Shown here in pieces: positions 20,461 to 29,611 of a stretch of 64,000 bases of DNA. Origin of the DNA: a virus; the IMG/VR virus record IMGVR_UViG_3300036766_000317, positions 1-64,000 of that record, one strand, 5' to 3'. Position numbers and translations under genes: made by a program. The notes under the pieces are model-generated. The model was not told where the DNA came from. It saw nothing but the letters and a program-made list of their open reading frames with translations, and ran no database searches. Each line of letters starts with the position of its first letter. The stretch's first letter is position 1.

Positions 20461-22398
20461 TTAATAGGCACCTAGAGGTATAGATTCCCTTAACATAGTT
20501 CCAAACCAAGTCTCTGACCGACGCTCTTTAAAATCGTTCACCCCAATTTCCCGTCCTCCATAAATACACCAAGTAAGACTGAATAAGCAGTCATCCTGAA
20601 CTCCACCCCGTTCATTCTTTTCTGGGGAACCAAACCAATGCTTATCAGGATCGTGGTAGAAAATAGCAGCCTCTTCTCTCAAGATGTCCGTTTCTTTACT
20701 TCCCCAGACACCAAGAGAGGGACACTTTAACCGACAGCCTGTTGTTGTAAGATATAATTCACTGAATGCCGCTTTCTGTTTATCATAAGTGGGGAAGACA
20801 GCTTCAAAAGGTATCGCTTGTCCTTCACACCAAGGAACCAAATCCCATATACCCCACCGTTCCCCACATAGTTTATCGAGCCCACCAAATTCTTCATTGA
20901 CGGCAAGGATGAGGGTTTTCAAATCTTCCAAACTGTGATTCTCAACATTGACTATATGAAGCACTACATAAATATAACTGGGGACATGACTTTCATCAAT
21001 AAGAAATGGACGGGAACCGCTTCCAGGCAGTCCTTTAGCAACACAAGTAAACATCGTCCGCGCCCCACGATTTGTTACTTTCATAGGATCTGCACGGTCT
21101 ATTCCAGCAAGTACAGCCCACTTTGTGTCAAGAGCACTTCCCAACCCTTCCAAATCATCAAGGGTAGCCATTACAGGAAACCCGCCCTCATCTCTTAGTC
21201 TATAATACTTTTCTAGAGGAATCAGACGTTTCTCCAAAACAGCCATTTCACTTTTCTCAGGATCAAAGTTTCGGATGATGTTTCTGTTCTCAATCAAGGA
21301 CTTCATATTGGCAGCTATCCGAATCTTCTTATCCACCACCTTCATCAATTCTGCCGCATTTCCAGGAGTCCCATCTACTCCTAGATATTGCATAGCCATA
21401 ATAGCTTCTTCAGAGAATATCCTCGTAGTAGCGGAACTCCACGTATTCTTGAAGTACCGATCAAAATCACCAAGAGGAAACTTAGACTTATAACTGTCCA
21501 ACTGCTGTTGATCCATATTGGGATTCCAATAGTCTTCGGAACTTCCTTCCCTGCTATTTCTATAACTGAAGTAGATAGTAGGATCTTTGCCTTTGACAAA
21601 GGTTTCAAACAGTTGGTATAGAATATGAGTTTTGGTAGAAACAGTAGAATCAATAACGCCGAAAGCATTTGGAATATTACGAATAGAACCGTCAAGCTGG
21701 ACAAAGAATTTCGGATTCTTCATATCGAAGATTTCCGAGAATGTGTATCCGGTGATGTTAGATACAATTCCTGAGAACGAAGAAATTGCTCTTATAACAG
21801 AAACATCATTCCCGTTCGTATCTGTCAGTTTTATCTTCTTTTCCTGAATATTTCGCTTGCCCACCGTCTTTAAAAGATTAGGGCTGTTGATGATGATGTC
21901 TTTCATGATATCGAAGTGGACAAACGTGATTTGTTCTTTTGAGTTTGCCCCGAGGACTATCTGCTGTTTCGACCAATTAAAGAACTTCCATAACTGCACA
22001 AGACAAGCAAGCAAAGATTTCCCTTCCCCACGCATCCAGCAGAACACAATCAGACGATGGATGAACTCTCCATTGACCATTCGCAATGCTTGCCTGACCA
22101 CTTCCTTCTGAGCTTCCCATATTGTCTGATATGATCGACCTGTGCGAGGATTCTCCTCAGACGGTAAATCCTTTATCGGGCACCACGATGCCATCACAGC
22201 CCCAACTGGATAGATGGGTATGCAGACATTATCCTCACACCATTTGATAAACCCTTCGGGACCATCCCGATAATCTTCAGGTTCATAGACAGTGTAAGGT
22301 TCAAGAGATTCTAACCCAATACGGTAAACACTCTCAGCATTGAATAAGGATTTCGTTGGTCGTTTGATTATCTTATGCTTCCTAACATCATTTGGCAT
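20461..22398 (-). CDS. terL: terminase large subunit
   Basis: Walker A variant RGEGKS, GANSKEQ, nuclease GIDRA and QDD motifs. Confidence 0.9.
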   Translation of the reverse strand: MPNDVRKHKIIKRPTKSLFNAESVYRIGLESLEPYTVYEPEDYRDGPEGFIKWCEDNVCIPIYPVGAVMASWCPIKDLPSEENPRTGRSYQTIWEAQKEVVRQALRMVNGEFIHRLIVFCWMRGEGKSLLACLVQLWKFFNWSKQQIVLGANSKEQITFVHFDIMKDIIINSPNLLKTVGKRNIQEKKIKLTDTNGNDVSVIRAISSFSGIVSNITGYTFSEIFDMKNPKFFVQLDGSIRNIPNAFGVIDSTVSTKTHILYQLFETFVKGKDPTIYFSYRNSREGSSEDYWNPNMDQQQLDSYKSKFPLGDFDRYFKNTWSSATTRIFSEEAIMAMQYLGVDGTPGNAAELMKVVDKKIRIAANMKSLIENRNIIRNFDPEKSEMAVLEKRLIPLEKYYRLRDEGGFPVMATLDDLEGLGSALDTKWAVLAGIDRADPMKVTNRGARTMFTCVAKGLPGSGSRPFLIDESHVPSYIYVVLHIVNVENHSLEDLKTLILAVNEEFGGLDKLCGERWGIWDLVPWCEGQAIPFEAVFPTYDKQKAAFSELYLTTTGCRLKCPSLGVWGSKETDILREEAAIFYHDPDKHWFGSPEKNERGGVQDDCLFSLTWCIYGGREIGVNDFKERRSETWFGTMLRESIPLGAY

Positions 22399-22674
22399 TA
22401 TTTATTTCCCCAATTTGTAGACGCCCTGCGCAGATGTCCATTCATCCCAATAAAAAACCGTTTCCTAGCCCCGGGAAAGATAAGCAGAATAATCACCAAC
22501 AGAATAAGGAATATCACGATGCGATTCCTTCTGGGCATTCCGTTTTCTCGATTAGTTCATGGACGATGGTGTTATAATCCTCTTTCTCAGAAAACTCCCC
22601 ACCGAAAGAACTTTTGATCACCTGATACTCCTTGCCCCCAAGCGTGTGAGGACCAAGCACATTTATTTCAACTA

Positions 22675-23226
22675 TCATCGCACAATCCCTTTCCTAGAAA
22701 TATTATGTTCAGATATCCTTTTGTAATAAGTCGGATCTCCCCGTTCATTATCAATGACGGGAGTGCCATCCTCTTTAGTCCGACTGCCAGAAGGATCAAT
22801 CTTACCTCCAAACGTAAAGGATAAATCCAAATCCTTCCACATCGTATAAATCGTTTTCAACGTATCACGGATTTCCCGATAAACAGGATGCGCCTGTATA
22901 ACCCCTTTTTCCGTAGTATACATGGGGGAATCCAACGACATCTCAACCATCTGCATCTTAACAAGACTGATATACAAAGGTACTATCTGCATCCCAATCT
23001 TAAACAACATGGCTTTATCCAAATACCGATAGGTATCTAGGATTGCGCCATACAGAGCTTCTAGATACTGCATCTGCACAGAACATTTCCCTGTCTTACT
23101 GTAAACACATTTATCGGATACGACACAACGGAGAGGATCGCAATCAGAAACACCATCCCAAGCAAATAAGGAAACATCTTTGCGGACTAAACCTTTATCC
23201 AGAGTAAGATCGCCTACATTCTGCAT
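22675..23226 (-). CDS. probable terminase small subunit
   Basis: upstream of terL; G.IQAHP......R......W..L.LS resembles P27-family terS. Confidence 0.6.
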   Translation of the reverse strand: MQNVGDLTLDKGLVRKDVSLFAWDGVSDCDPLRCVVSDKCVYSKTGKCSVQMQYLEALYGAILDTYRYLDKAMLFKIGMQIVPLYISLVKMQMVEMSLDSPMYTTEKGVIQAHPVYREIRDTLKTIYTMWKDLDLSFTFGGKIDPSGSRTKEDGTPVIDNERGDPTYYKRISEHNISRKGIVR

Positions 23227-23375
23227 AATTGAATACCTCCTTCTGTGCCATTATAAATAACAGAGTATGAAGAAGATGTCAAGAATATATCAAAAGAAAG
23301 GCTGCCGATGGTTCTACCAAGGTATAAAAGATAATATAGAACGTGCGCGTGTAGAGTATAGAACAGAGAATAGTA

Positions 23376-23656
23376 ATCCAGTGGAAATCAAGTCCTTATA
23401 TTTTACTGGGTCGGAAAATTTTAGAAACCAAGAAACAGGATTCTGAAATTATAGTAATGAATCCATGGAAATGAAGTCCTTGTATTATATTGGAAGAAAA
23501 ATGCGGTAGAGAGATTGTGTGAGTACAATAGAAAGAAGTCCTTTATCCATAACTGGCCAAAAAAATGCGGGAGGGAAATTTATATTATAGAAGTATAGAA
23601 TGAATCCAATGGAAAACAGGTCTGTATATCTAACTGGGAGAAAAAATGCGGGAGGG
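23376..23656. repeat. four degenerate direct repeats upstream of terS
   Basis: ATCCA(G/A)TGGAAAT.AAGTCC..TAT...ACTGG...AAAAATGCGG units near 23376, 23461, 23524 and 23604. Confidence 0.75.
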
Positions 23657-23781
23657 ACCTACCCGTCTCTTTTTAAAAATGTCTCTGAGATAGAGTGTGA
23701 CGTACTTGTTATCATATTATAGCTACTCAAGAGCTACAATCAATTATTCAATGAATGTGATAGCAGATATCGAATTGAAAC

Positions 23782-23814
23782 AAAAAAACGAGCTACAATG
23801 TACTGTAGCTCGTT
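23782..23814 (-). terminator. intrinsic terminator of the 109-aa gene
   Basis: AACGAGCTACA-loop-TGTAGCTCG followed by T7 on the minus strand. Confidence 0.85.
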
Positions 23815-23826
23815 ATTTGTGCGTGT

Positions 23827-24156
23827 TTATGCACGCGCAATGATGCTTATGTGTCTTTTTGCTATCGCTGTAACTCTATCTTTCTTGATATGTCTCTTCA
23901 CACGCTTAATCGCATAGTCGAGTGAAGTAAACATGTTTCTTGATAAGAGTACGTTAGCGATATCACTAACGTTCTTGTCGTTCTTGCACATGACGTCGAT
24001 GATTTGATTTTGTTTTGTGCAATGTGTAAGCATGTCGTCAAGAGCTTCGTTGTCTTTTGTTTTCAACAAATTCACTGCTATTTTCGCAGTGCGTAATGCT
24101 TGTGCATTACGCTTGTTTACGCTGACGATAGCTTTTCTTTCGATTTTCTTATTCAT
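23827..24156 (-). CDS. basic 109-aa putative DNA-binding (HTH-like) protein lacking Gly, Pro and Trp
   Basis: own promoter, boxA, AAAGAGAG RBS and terminator; C-terminal 47 aa align without gaps to the 28629 ORF. Confidence 0.8.
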   Translation of the reverse strand: MNKKIERKAIVSVNKRNAQALRTAKIAVNLLKTKDNEALDDMLTHCTKQNQIIDVMCKNDKNVSDIANVLLSRNMFTSLDYAIKRVKRHIKKDRVTAIAKRHISIIARA

Positions 24157-24260
24157 TGCAATGCTCTCTTTCTTATAAATAGTGTTGACATATCATATAC
24201 TTACACGACTACAATTGAGCAGTCTTATTATAAGTAGTTGATCTGTTTCACTGTGTTCTA

Positions 24261-24272
24261 TGTTAAAGAACG
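24261..24272 (-). promoter_or_regulatory. boxA-like antitermination element
   Basis: CGTTCTTTAACA versus consensus (C/T)GCTCTTTAACA, just downstream of a promoter. Confidence 0.6.
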
Positions 24273-24290
24273 TGACTTCACTTGATATCA

Positions 24291-24318
24291 ATTTTATATC
24301 AATTCACTATCAAGTCAA
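24291..24318 (-). promoter_or_regulatory. sigma70-type promoter of the 109-aa gene
   Basis: TTGACT-N16-TAAAAT. Confidence 0.65.
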
Positions 24319-25176
24319 TATATATTTTCTTCAATCATATCAATACTTTCGGGGTTATTCTATTAATCTGCTATTATATCAATAAGATAGCACAAAACAG
24401 CAAAACAACACCCCGCCCATTGGACGGGACTCTTCCTGCCGCATGTGCTCTTACATAACCTCTTCATTCCAGACACCCAAATAATCCAGGACCAGGAGGA
24501 GGGTCTATCATAGTCCATACGTCGGGTTCTAATTAATCCGGATATTCTTAGATAACACCTTCCAATGGTAGGCGGATTATATAGATTATATGCCCTTTTC
24601 CACAATAGTAGGACGTGCATAAAAGGCTGAAAACAACATCTCCTCTCCGTAAAACAGTGCGGAAAAGCCCTTCCATAGGCAGGATTAAGATAAATCCATC
24701 TAAAATAAGCTGATTTCCTTAAAACGAGGTAATTTACCTTCTCCGTATAAATGTAATTTCATAAACAAGGATTACCTTCATTAATCAATAAGATATCCTA
24801 CTCCATTACCTATATGAATTAGTCAGTGGAGAGTCCTTTTTGCTATAGAGAAGAGCTTGATCCTTTGACTGTTAATAATCAGTATAAGGAAAGGAGGTTA
24901 TTTACCACTAAAAGATAGGAAAAGTAGTCTCACGTATGCGAGTAAAGAAAAAGGAGAGTATATAAACCTTCCTACGGACGGGTTATTGTAGAAGAGGAAG
25001 TTTTCCTATTGAACGGCACTACCAATGCCAAAGATAGGATATTAGCAGCTCATACTTCTACCGTAACAAGGTCCTTTGTAGTCCATAATCGGGAATGGAT
25101 GTGCAAGAATCAACGGTTTTCGTAGGATTGGCCGTACGCGTGTGTAGGGAAAGTGCCTTTCCCCACCGAATTACCC

Positions 25177-25234
25177 TTTCTCCGCCAGATACTGTTCTTT
25201 GCCATCTTTTCTCCGCCAGATACTGTTCTTTGCC
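25177..25234. repeat. 27-bp direct repeat in non-coding DNA
   Basis: TTTCTCCGCCAGATACTGTTCTTTGCC at 25177 and 25208. Confidence 0.9.
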
Positions 25235-25785
25235 TTTGCCTCTAAATACTCCTTCCTCTATTAGTTACATTCCTTCCCCATTAGATACTCCTTTTCTCCT
25301 TCGAACTATTCATTATAGACTCCTTTATCTATACAAGAATATCCATACCTTCGGATTACTTCTATTCTCTTATACAAGAAGAAAGAACCTCTTGAATGCG
25401 GATTGAGGATTATTTCCTTACTTCCTTATTAATGATAGTATTTTTTATTTGTCTGGTTAGTGTTTATCGGTTCTACCTATTATTGTATTTTATCAGAAAA
25501 TTGGTTGCTAGGTGTGAAATTCCTTATTTATTCGGAAATTCCTATTTATGAACTGTTGTGTGAAAATTATGCTGGGAAATGCGTGAGAAATGACGGTAGC
25601 CACATTATTCTTGCTTATCTGTTGTCACGTCTTGATTGAGAAAATGGTTATGATTATGGGTGCTCAAACCCATTGCCTAGGGATTCCTATGATTTTGCCA
25701 AGAAATGCTTTGGTGTGTCTGCTGTTTTGCCGAGAATTTGTAGGAACTATATGATATTATAGCTAATCATTTTTGAAAATATATG

Positions 25786-25814
25786 TTGACACACCAATAT
25801 TGATTTGTTATCAT
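25786..25814 (+). promoter_or_regulatory. major early sigma70-type promoter
   Basis: TTGACA-N17-TATCAT with AT-rich upstream region. Confidence 0.8.
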
Positions 25815-25829
25815 ATAGACAATAAAGAA

Positions 25830-26290
25830 ATAGTGATCTGAGTGTTTTCCAACTTAGATCGAAAGCTCAGAATGATCTTGAGATGCTCTTGACATAGTGA
25901 CCAGTAGCTCTTATGAGTGAAAAACCACACGAGTGAAAGTAGAGCAGTGACCAAAAGACTATTCAGGTTGGTTCAAAAACGATTAGATCACCGACTGCTT
26001 CTGCGAAAGAACTCAAATCCCGAAGAATCTGCTGATTGAACTGAAAAAGGCGAGTTAGGGCGGAGTTTGAATCCCTGGCGTGACATTCTTCTTTCTGGTT
26101 CACTTCTGATTCGATCTTCAACACGATATTTGGCGATGATATAGGCAAAACTGCTTGAGCCAATATAGTGCAGTAGGTCAGAAGTTCTTGATGGTCGTCC
26201 GTAGCTTGACGGTTACTACACAGAACTGCTTTGGGTATACTCTCTTTCTTTTCTCCTTGTCCGAGTATTGTTGTTTGGTGCTCGGACAGT
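25830..26290 (+). ncRNA. long structured leader/candidate ncRNA with boxA-like TGCTCTTGACA (25884-25894)
   Basis: no plus-strand ORF; several stems containing G-U pairs. Confidence 0.5.
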
Positions 26291-26296
26291 AAGAAA

Positions 26297-26575
26297 GTCG
26301 GATGGGGTTGTGTTAAACCTTCTGTGAAACATTAACCAGGAGGTATTAAAATGAATAAGACATGCAGAATCTACACCGATATAAATGGTAAGCATGTAAT
26401 GTTGTGGTATGTTCCAAATAAAAAGTATCCAAACTATAAAGACGGAAAATCAATCAAAGAACTTGTCAAATTTGCCAAAGAAAATGGGTTCACCGGATAT
26501 CATAATCAGTACGAAAAAGAAATAACCCAATTATAAATGATAAATCATAGAAGGTTTAATACAGCTCCATCCGAC
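26297..26575 (+). repeat. 31-nt inverted repeat (RNA duplex) enclosing ORF 26351-26536
   Basis: arms 26297-26327 and 26545-26575; all four DNA mismatches are G-U pairs in the plus-strand RNA. Confidence 0.9.
26351..26536 (+). CDS. hypothetical early protein
   Basis: AGGAGG RBS; 61 aa. Confidence 0.75.
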   Translation: MNKTCRIYTDINGKHVMLWYVPNKKYPNYKDGKSIKELVKFAKENGFTGYHNQYEKEITQL

Positions 26576-26603
26576 AATCTTGTATTAAATGGGAGGAAAT
26601 GCA

Positions 26604-27059
26604 ATGAGAAAAGCAACACATGGATATCGGATCTATGAAAATCGTGATGGCATCCGCATTGATTGCTTCAGAAGATCAGTTTCCAGGTATGAAGTTGCTA
26701 AATGTCGGATATTCGATCTTTGTCGGGATGTCCGATTGAAGCATCTGGAAAAAAGATACTTCTCCGTATGGGATGGCATCGACGCTGTTTCCAAAGTGAT
26801 CGTTGATAGAGATGGAGCTTATGTTGAAGTTCCTTATCTTCTTCCGGCCCTTACAGCAAGAGAACAAGCGGAGATGGATAAAGACTACATGCTCGCTTCT
26901 CGGAATCGGCTGAAGATGCAGAAGTTCGGTAGAACTCGTGGTGACATCACTTCTTGGATCAAACAAGAAGCTGGTGAACGTGAATTGTGCCGAATCATCG
27001 AGAAAAGTACGTTTGTACCAGGAACAAAGACATTGACAAGAGTGTTTGGGAGATCATAA
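26604..27059 (+). CDS. hypothetical early protein
   Basis: GGAGG RBS before ATG 26604. Confidence 0.7.
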   Translation: MRKATHGYRIYENRDGIRIDCFRRSVSRYEVAKCRIFDLCRDVRLKHLEKRYFSVWDGIDAVSKVIVDRDGAYVEVPYLLPALTAREQAEMDKDYMLASRNRLKMQKFGRTRGDITSWIKQEAGERELCRIIEKSTFVPGTKTLTRVFGRS

Positions 27060-27082
27060 ATTATTAAAAAGGAGAAGAGATT

Positions 27083-27238
27083 ATGGCTACAACAGATCAT
27101 AAAGTGGCTGTAAAAGAAGTTCAACAGCGGGTCTTTGATTTTGATTGGACAAAGATCGAAAATCCATTTAATAAGAACTTCAAACCGTCGGAAGAGTTGA
27201 AAAGGGCTTTAGAGAAGAAATTGGGGATAAAGTTATGA
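27083..27238 (+). CDS. hypothetical 51-aa protein (below ORF-track cutoff)
   Basis: AAGGAG RBS, MATTDHK... Confidence 0.6.
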   Translation: MATTDHKVAVKEVQQRVFDFDWTKIENPFNKNFKPSEELKRALEKKLGIKL

Positions 27239-27334
27239 AGAAAGAAAAGGATAAGGAAGTAGAGCATAGTCGGAAACTTCATAAGGCCATATTGAAGGTT
27301 ATCCGAAAAGCTCAGAAGCGTAGACGGTAGGAAA

Positions 27335-27386
27335 GTCAGAAGGGTGGAAACATTAATGACATACGGAGAGTCCTAAGTCTCTCGTA
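27335..27386 (+). ncRNA. twister ribozyme, permuted (copy 1)
   Basis: GUCA-GAAGG-[GUG GAAA CAU]-UAA-UGAC...GAGAG-UCCUAAGU-CUCUC; AGG/CCU pseudoknot covariation. Confidence 0.8.
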
Positions 27387-27434
27387 ACTACCAATGGTTT
27401 GGTTGTATAAACCCCATAGGAAAGGAGAATTGAA

Positions 27435-27785
27435 ATGTTATTAGTAGCCATTTTTACAGACGAGAATAGCCAAGAGGATCTGGATTTGCTGTTCACAGAC
27501 CTGGAGGAAACATCATGTGAAAAGGTTCTGGTATTTGATGATGGGAATAAGGTCGTCATGAGAGTTCCCGATGAAATTCCCGATCCTGATTTTGTCGGAA
27601 CCATCGAAGAATATTGGATGTTCGTCATGAATGATTCAAGATGTCCATGCTGTCATCCATCAGAAGAATCAGATGTTTCCGCTGTTCATGAAGTAAAAAC
27701 CCTGAAACAATTTCGGGAATACAGCAATCGGCTCAACAATGGAGAAGGTCCTTACGAGGAACTTCTGAAAGATTTGAAAGATTGA
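27435..27785 (+). CDS. acidic hypothetical protein
   Basis: AAGGAG RBS. Confidence 0.7.
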   Translation: MLLVAIFTDENSQEDLDLLFTDLEETSCEKVLVFDDGNKVVMRVPDEIPDPDFVGTIEEYWMFVMNDSRCPCCHPSEESDVSAVHEVKTLKQFREYSNRLNNGEGPYEELLKDLKD

Positions 27786-27836
27786 GGTCTCACCGGCATC
27801 ATCAGAAATGATGGTGTCTAATGGGTTCTTAATTCA
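27782..27836 (+). ncRNA. intergenic structured motif, family 2 (divergent copy A)
   Basis: 10-bp GAAA-capped stem, outer stem, and alternative 3' hairpin UGGGUU/AAUUCA. Confidence 0.5.
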
Positions 27837-28306
27837 AAAGAAAGGAGAAAGAAAATGAAAACCACCCGTACAGTGTATTTTTGTACAATTTGTAATACCC
27901 AACTTGATGTTTGTGGTTGGGGAAATCGTGCAGAATGTCCGGAATGTAACAAGATGGTTAATGTGAAATCAGTGGAAGTTCCGATTCTGAAAAAGGAGAA
28001 CTGAGATGCCAGTAGAAATCAAAATGATAGCCGGTGCTTTTCTTACTATCGGCATAACCGGAGCCGTGATCTGCATAGCTTCTCATGAATTTGTAGGAAG
28101 TTTGTGGTATATAGCTATTACCATCATTGCTGTTTGGGTTATCTTTAAAAAGTAAAGGAGGAAAAATTATGGGTAAAGAAAAAGAAGTATGCTCTTGGTG
28201 CGGAAAAGAATTGCATGACAACGGGGAAACCACATGGTGTGATTGTGGTTGGTGGGATGCTTTGCCCACAAGAGCCGAAGCCGAAGCCGAAACGAAGTAG
28301 ACAATC

Positions 28307-28540
28307 ATGAGGACACTGGAAATAATTCCAGTGTCCGAAGGGGCTGTCTACATCCCCAATTCAGAAGGGAAGGAAAGAGTTATGCAAATGTCCAATTTAG
28401 AATCAATCAAGATTCGTTGCCAAGAACAAGGATTCTTTGCCCGAATACATCGGTTCAAGAAAGGCAAGAAGCGGATGTTTCGTAAGAAAGAACGGATAAA
28501 TCGGCACATAACCAGGAAAGTTCTTCATATTGAACAGTAG
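28307..28540 (+). CDS. hypothetical basic protein
   Basis: ORF in the early operon. Confidence 0.55.
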   Translation: MRTLEIIPVSEGAVYIPNSEGKERVMQMSNLESIKIRCQEQGFFARIHRFKKGKKRMFRKKERINRHITRKVLHIEQ

Positions 28541-28600
28541 TTTGATGGTAGCGGATTAGCCATGAGAAATCATGGCTTTTCCGCTGCAATTAAGCAGCGA
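28540..28600 (+). ncRNA. intergenic structured motif, family 2 (copy B)
   Basis: UAG-CGGA-UU-[AGCCAUGA GAAA UCAUGGCU]-UU-UCCG-CUGC-AAUUAA-GCAGC. Confidence 0.7.
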
Positions 28601-28628
28601 TTAATTCCTTAAAGGAGGAAAGAAGAGT

Positions 28629-29258
28629 ATGAGTAAAAAATCGAAGAAGGTTGCGGAGAAGAAGGCATTGACTCCGATTAAGAAGTTGACGCCGATTGCA
28701 AAGGCGGACGAGTCAATGAAAGCCAAACAGACTGCGGCGATTGCGGAACTCAAGGCAAAATCGAAGGATGCTGCACCCATAGAGGCACCCGTCGTTGCAG
28801 CTCCTGTCCGTCCCGAAATGCCTGCTGACTTCTGTATGGAGAAAGCAGACTGGGACGGCGCTGGTGTGTGCTACGATGCAGGAAGTAATAACTGCGGAAC
28901 GTGTACGAAGGATTTTCCTGAGACCGTTGCCGTGTGCATCGAGCGCATGAAATTCCTCGGTGGTACTGTGAAAACGGCAAAGACGAAGAAAGCTGGAACA
29001 GCGAAGGCTCGGGTTGCCAAGAATGGTGCGAAACCGCAATGCCTCGTCATTGATGATCTGTTGCGAGCATCAACGGCAATGGCAGACATGATCGCCTCGT
29101 TTGCTGCAATCGCATACGCTGGAGATGCAAAAGCGGCAGAAGGTCGTATCAATCGGCACCTGAAATCCATTCGTGTCGGCGAGTACGTCAGATCGGCTGT
29201 AATGAAGGAATTCATTGCTTATCTGGCCGTTGCTGCGCCGGCAGCTCCCGCTGCTTAG
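28629..29258 (+). CDS. Ala/Lys-rich protein with Cys cluster and C-terminal HTH-like domain
   Basis: C...C..C..C...C region; Q...IDD...RINRHLK domain; biased codon usage. Confidence 0.75.
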   Translation: MSKKSKKVAEKKALTPIKKLTPIAKADESMKAKQTAAIAELKAKSKDAAPIEAPVVAAPVRPEMPADFCMEKADWDGAGVCYDAGSNNCGTCTKDFPETVAVCIERMKFLGGTVKTAKTKKAGTAKARVAKNGAKPQCLVIDDLLRASTAMADMIASFAAIAYAGDAKAAEGRINRHLKSIRVGEYVRSAVMKEFIAYLAVAAPAAPAA

Positions 29259-29266
29259 TGAGAAAT

Positions 29267-29330
29267 TGCAGAGGGCACGGGGTGAGAAAGTTTCATCCTG
29301 TGTAATGCACACTACCGTCCCAAGTCGGTG
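29267..29330 (+). ncRNA. twister ribozyme, permuted (copy 2)
   Basis: GCA-GAGGG-[P1 hairpin]-UAA-UGC-AC...ACCG-UCCCAAGU-CGGU. Confidence 0.9.
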
Positions 29331-29354
29331 AGAAAATCTAAGAAAGGAGAGAGT

Positions 29355-29585
29355 ATGAAAAAGTATTTGGTAGAAGTCCGAAAGAAAGGTGAGAAATTCA
29401 GAGAACCTGGTGAACTGATTGAGACAGTAAATACCATTCTCAAAGCGGAAGAAGTAGGAAATTTCAACCCGATCTTTTGCATCTACAAAGACAAACGTGT
29501 CATGGTAAGTTCTAAAGAAGGAGATTTGAGTGATCCTTTTCGTCGGGAAACTTCATATCTGGAAAGTCTTTATATTGAAATCTAA
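29355..29585 (+). CDS. hypothetical protein
   Basis: AAAGGAGAGAGT-ATG start. Confidence 0.7.
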   Translation: MKKYLVEVRKKGEKFREPGELIETVNTILKAEEVGNFNPIFCIYKDKRVMVSSKEGDLSDPFRRETSYLESLYIEI

Positions 29586-29611
29586 CCACCAACCAAGAAA
29601 GGAGTATTGCA

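Larger units (their letters stand above)
23664..24351. other. GG/CC-dinucleotide-free island
   Basis: no GG or CC in 688 nt, read block by block including junctions. Confidence 0.95.

Noticed and set aside
111-22617. Plus-strand ORFs over the structural module, and minus-strand ORFs over 26-64 kb
   Set aside because: Antisense shadows of well-supported genes, lacking RBSs or motifs.
24363-25406. ORFs 24363-24620 and 25095-25406
   Set aside because: No credible RBS, atypical composition, and one spans a DNA repeat.
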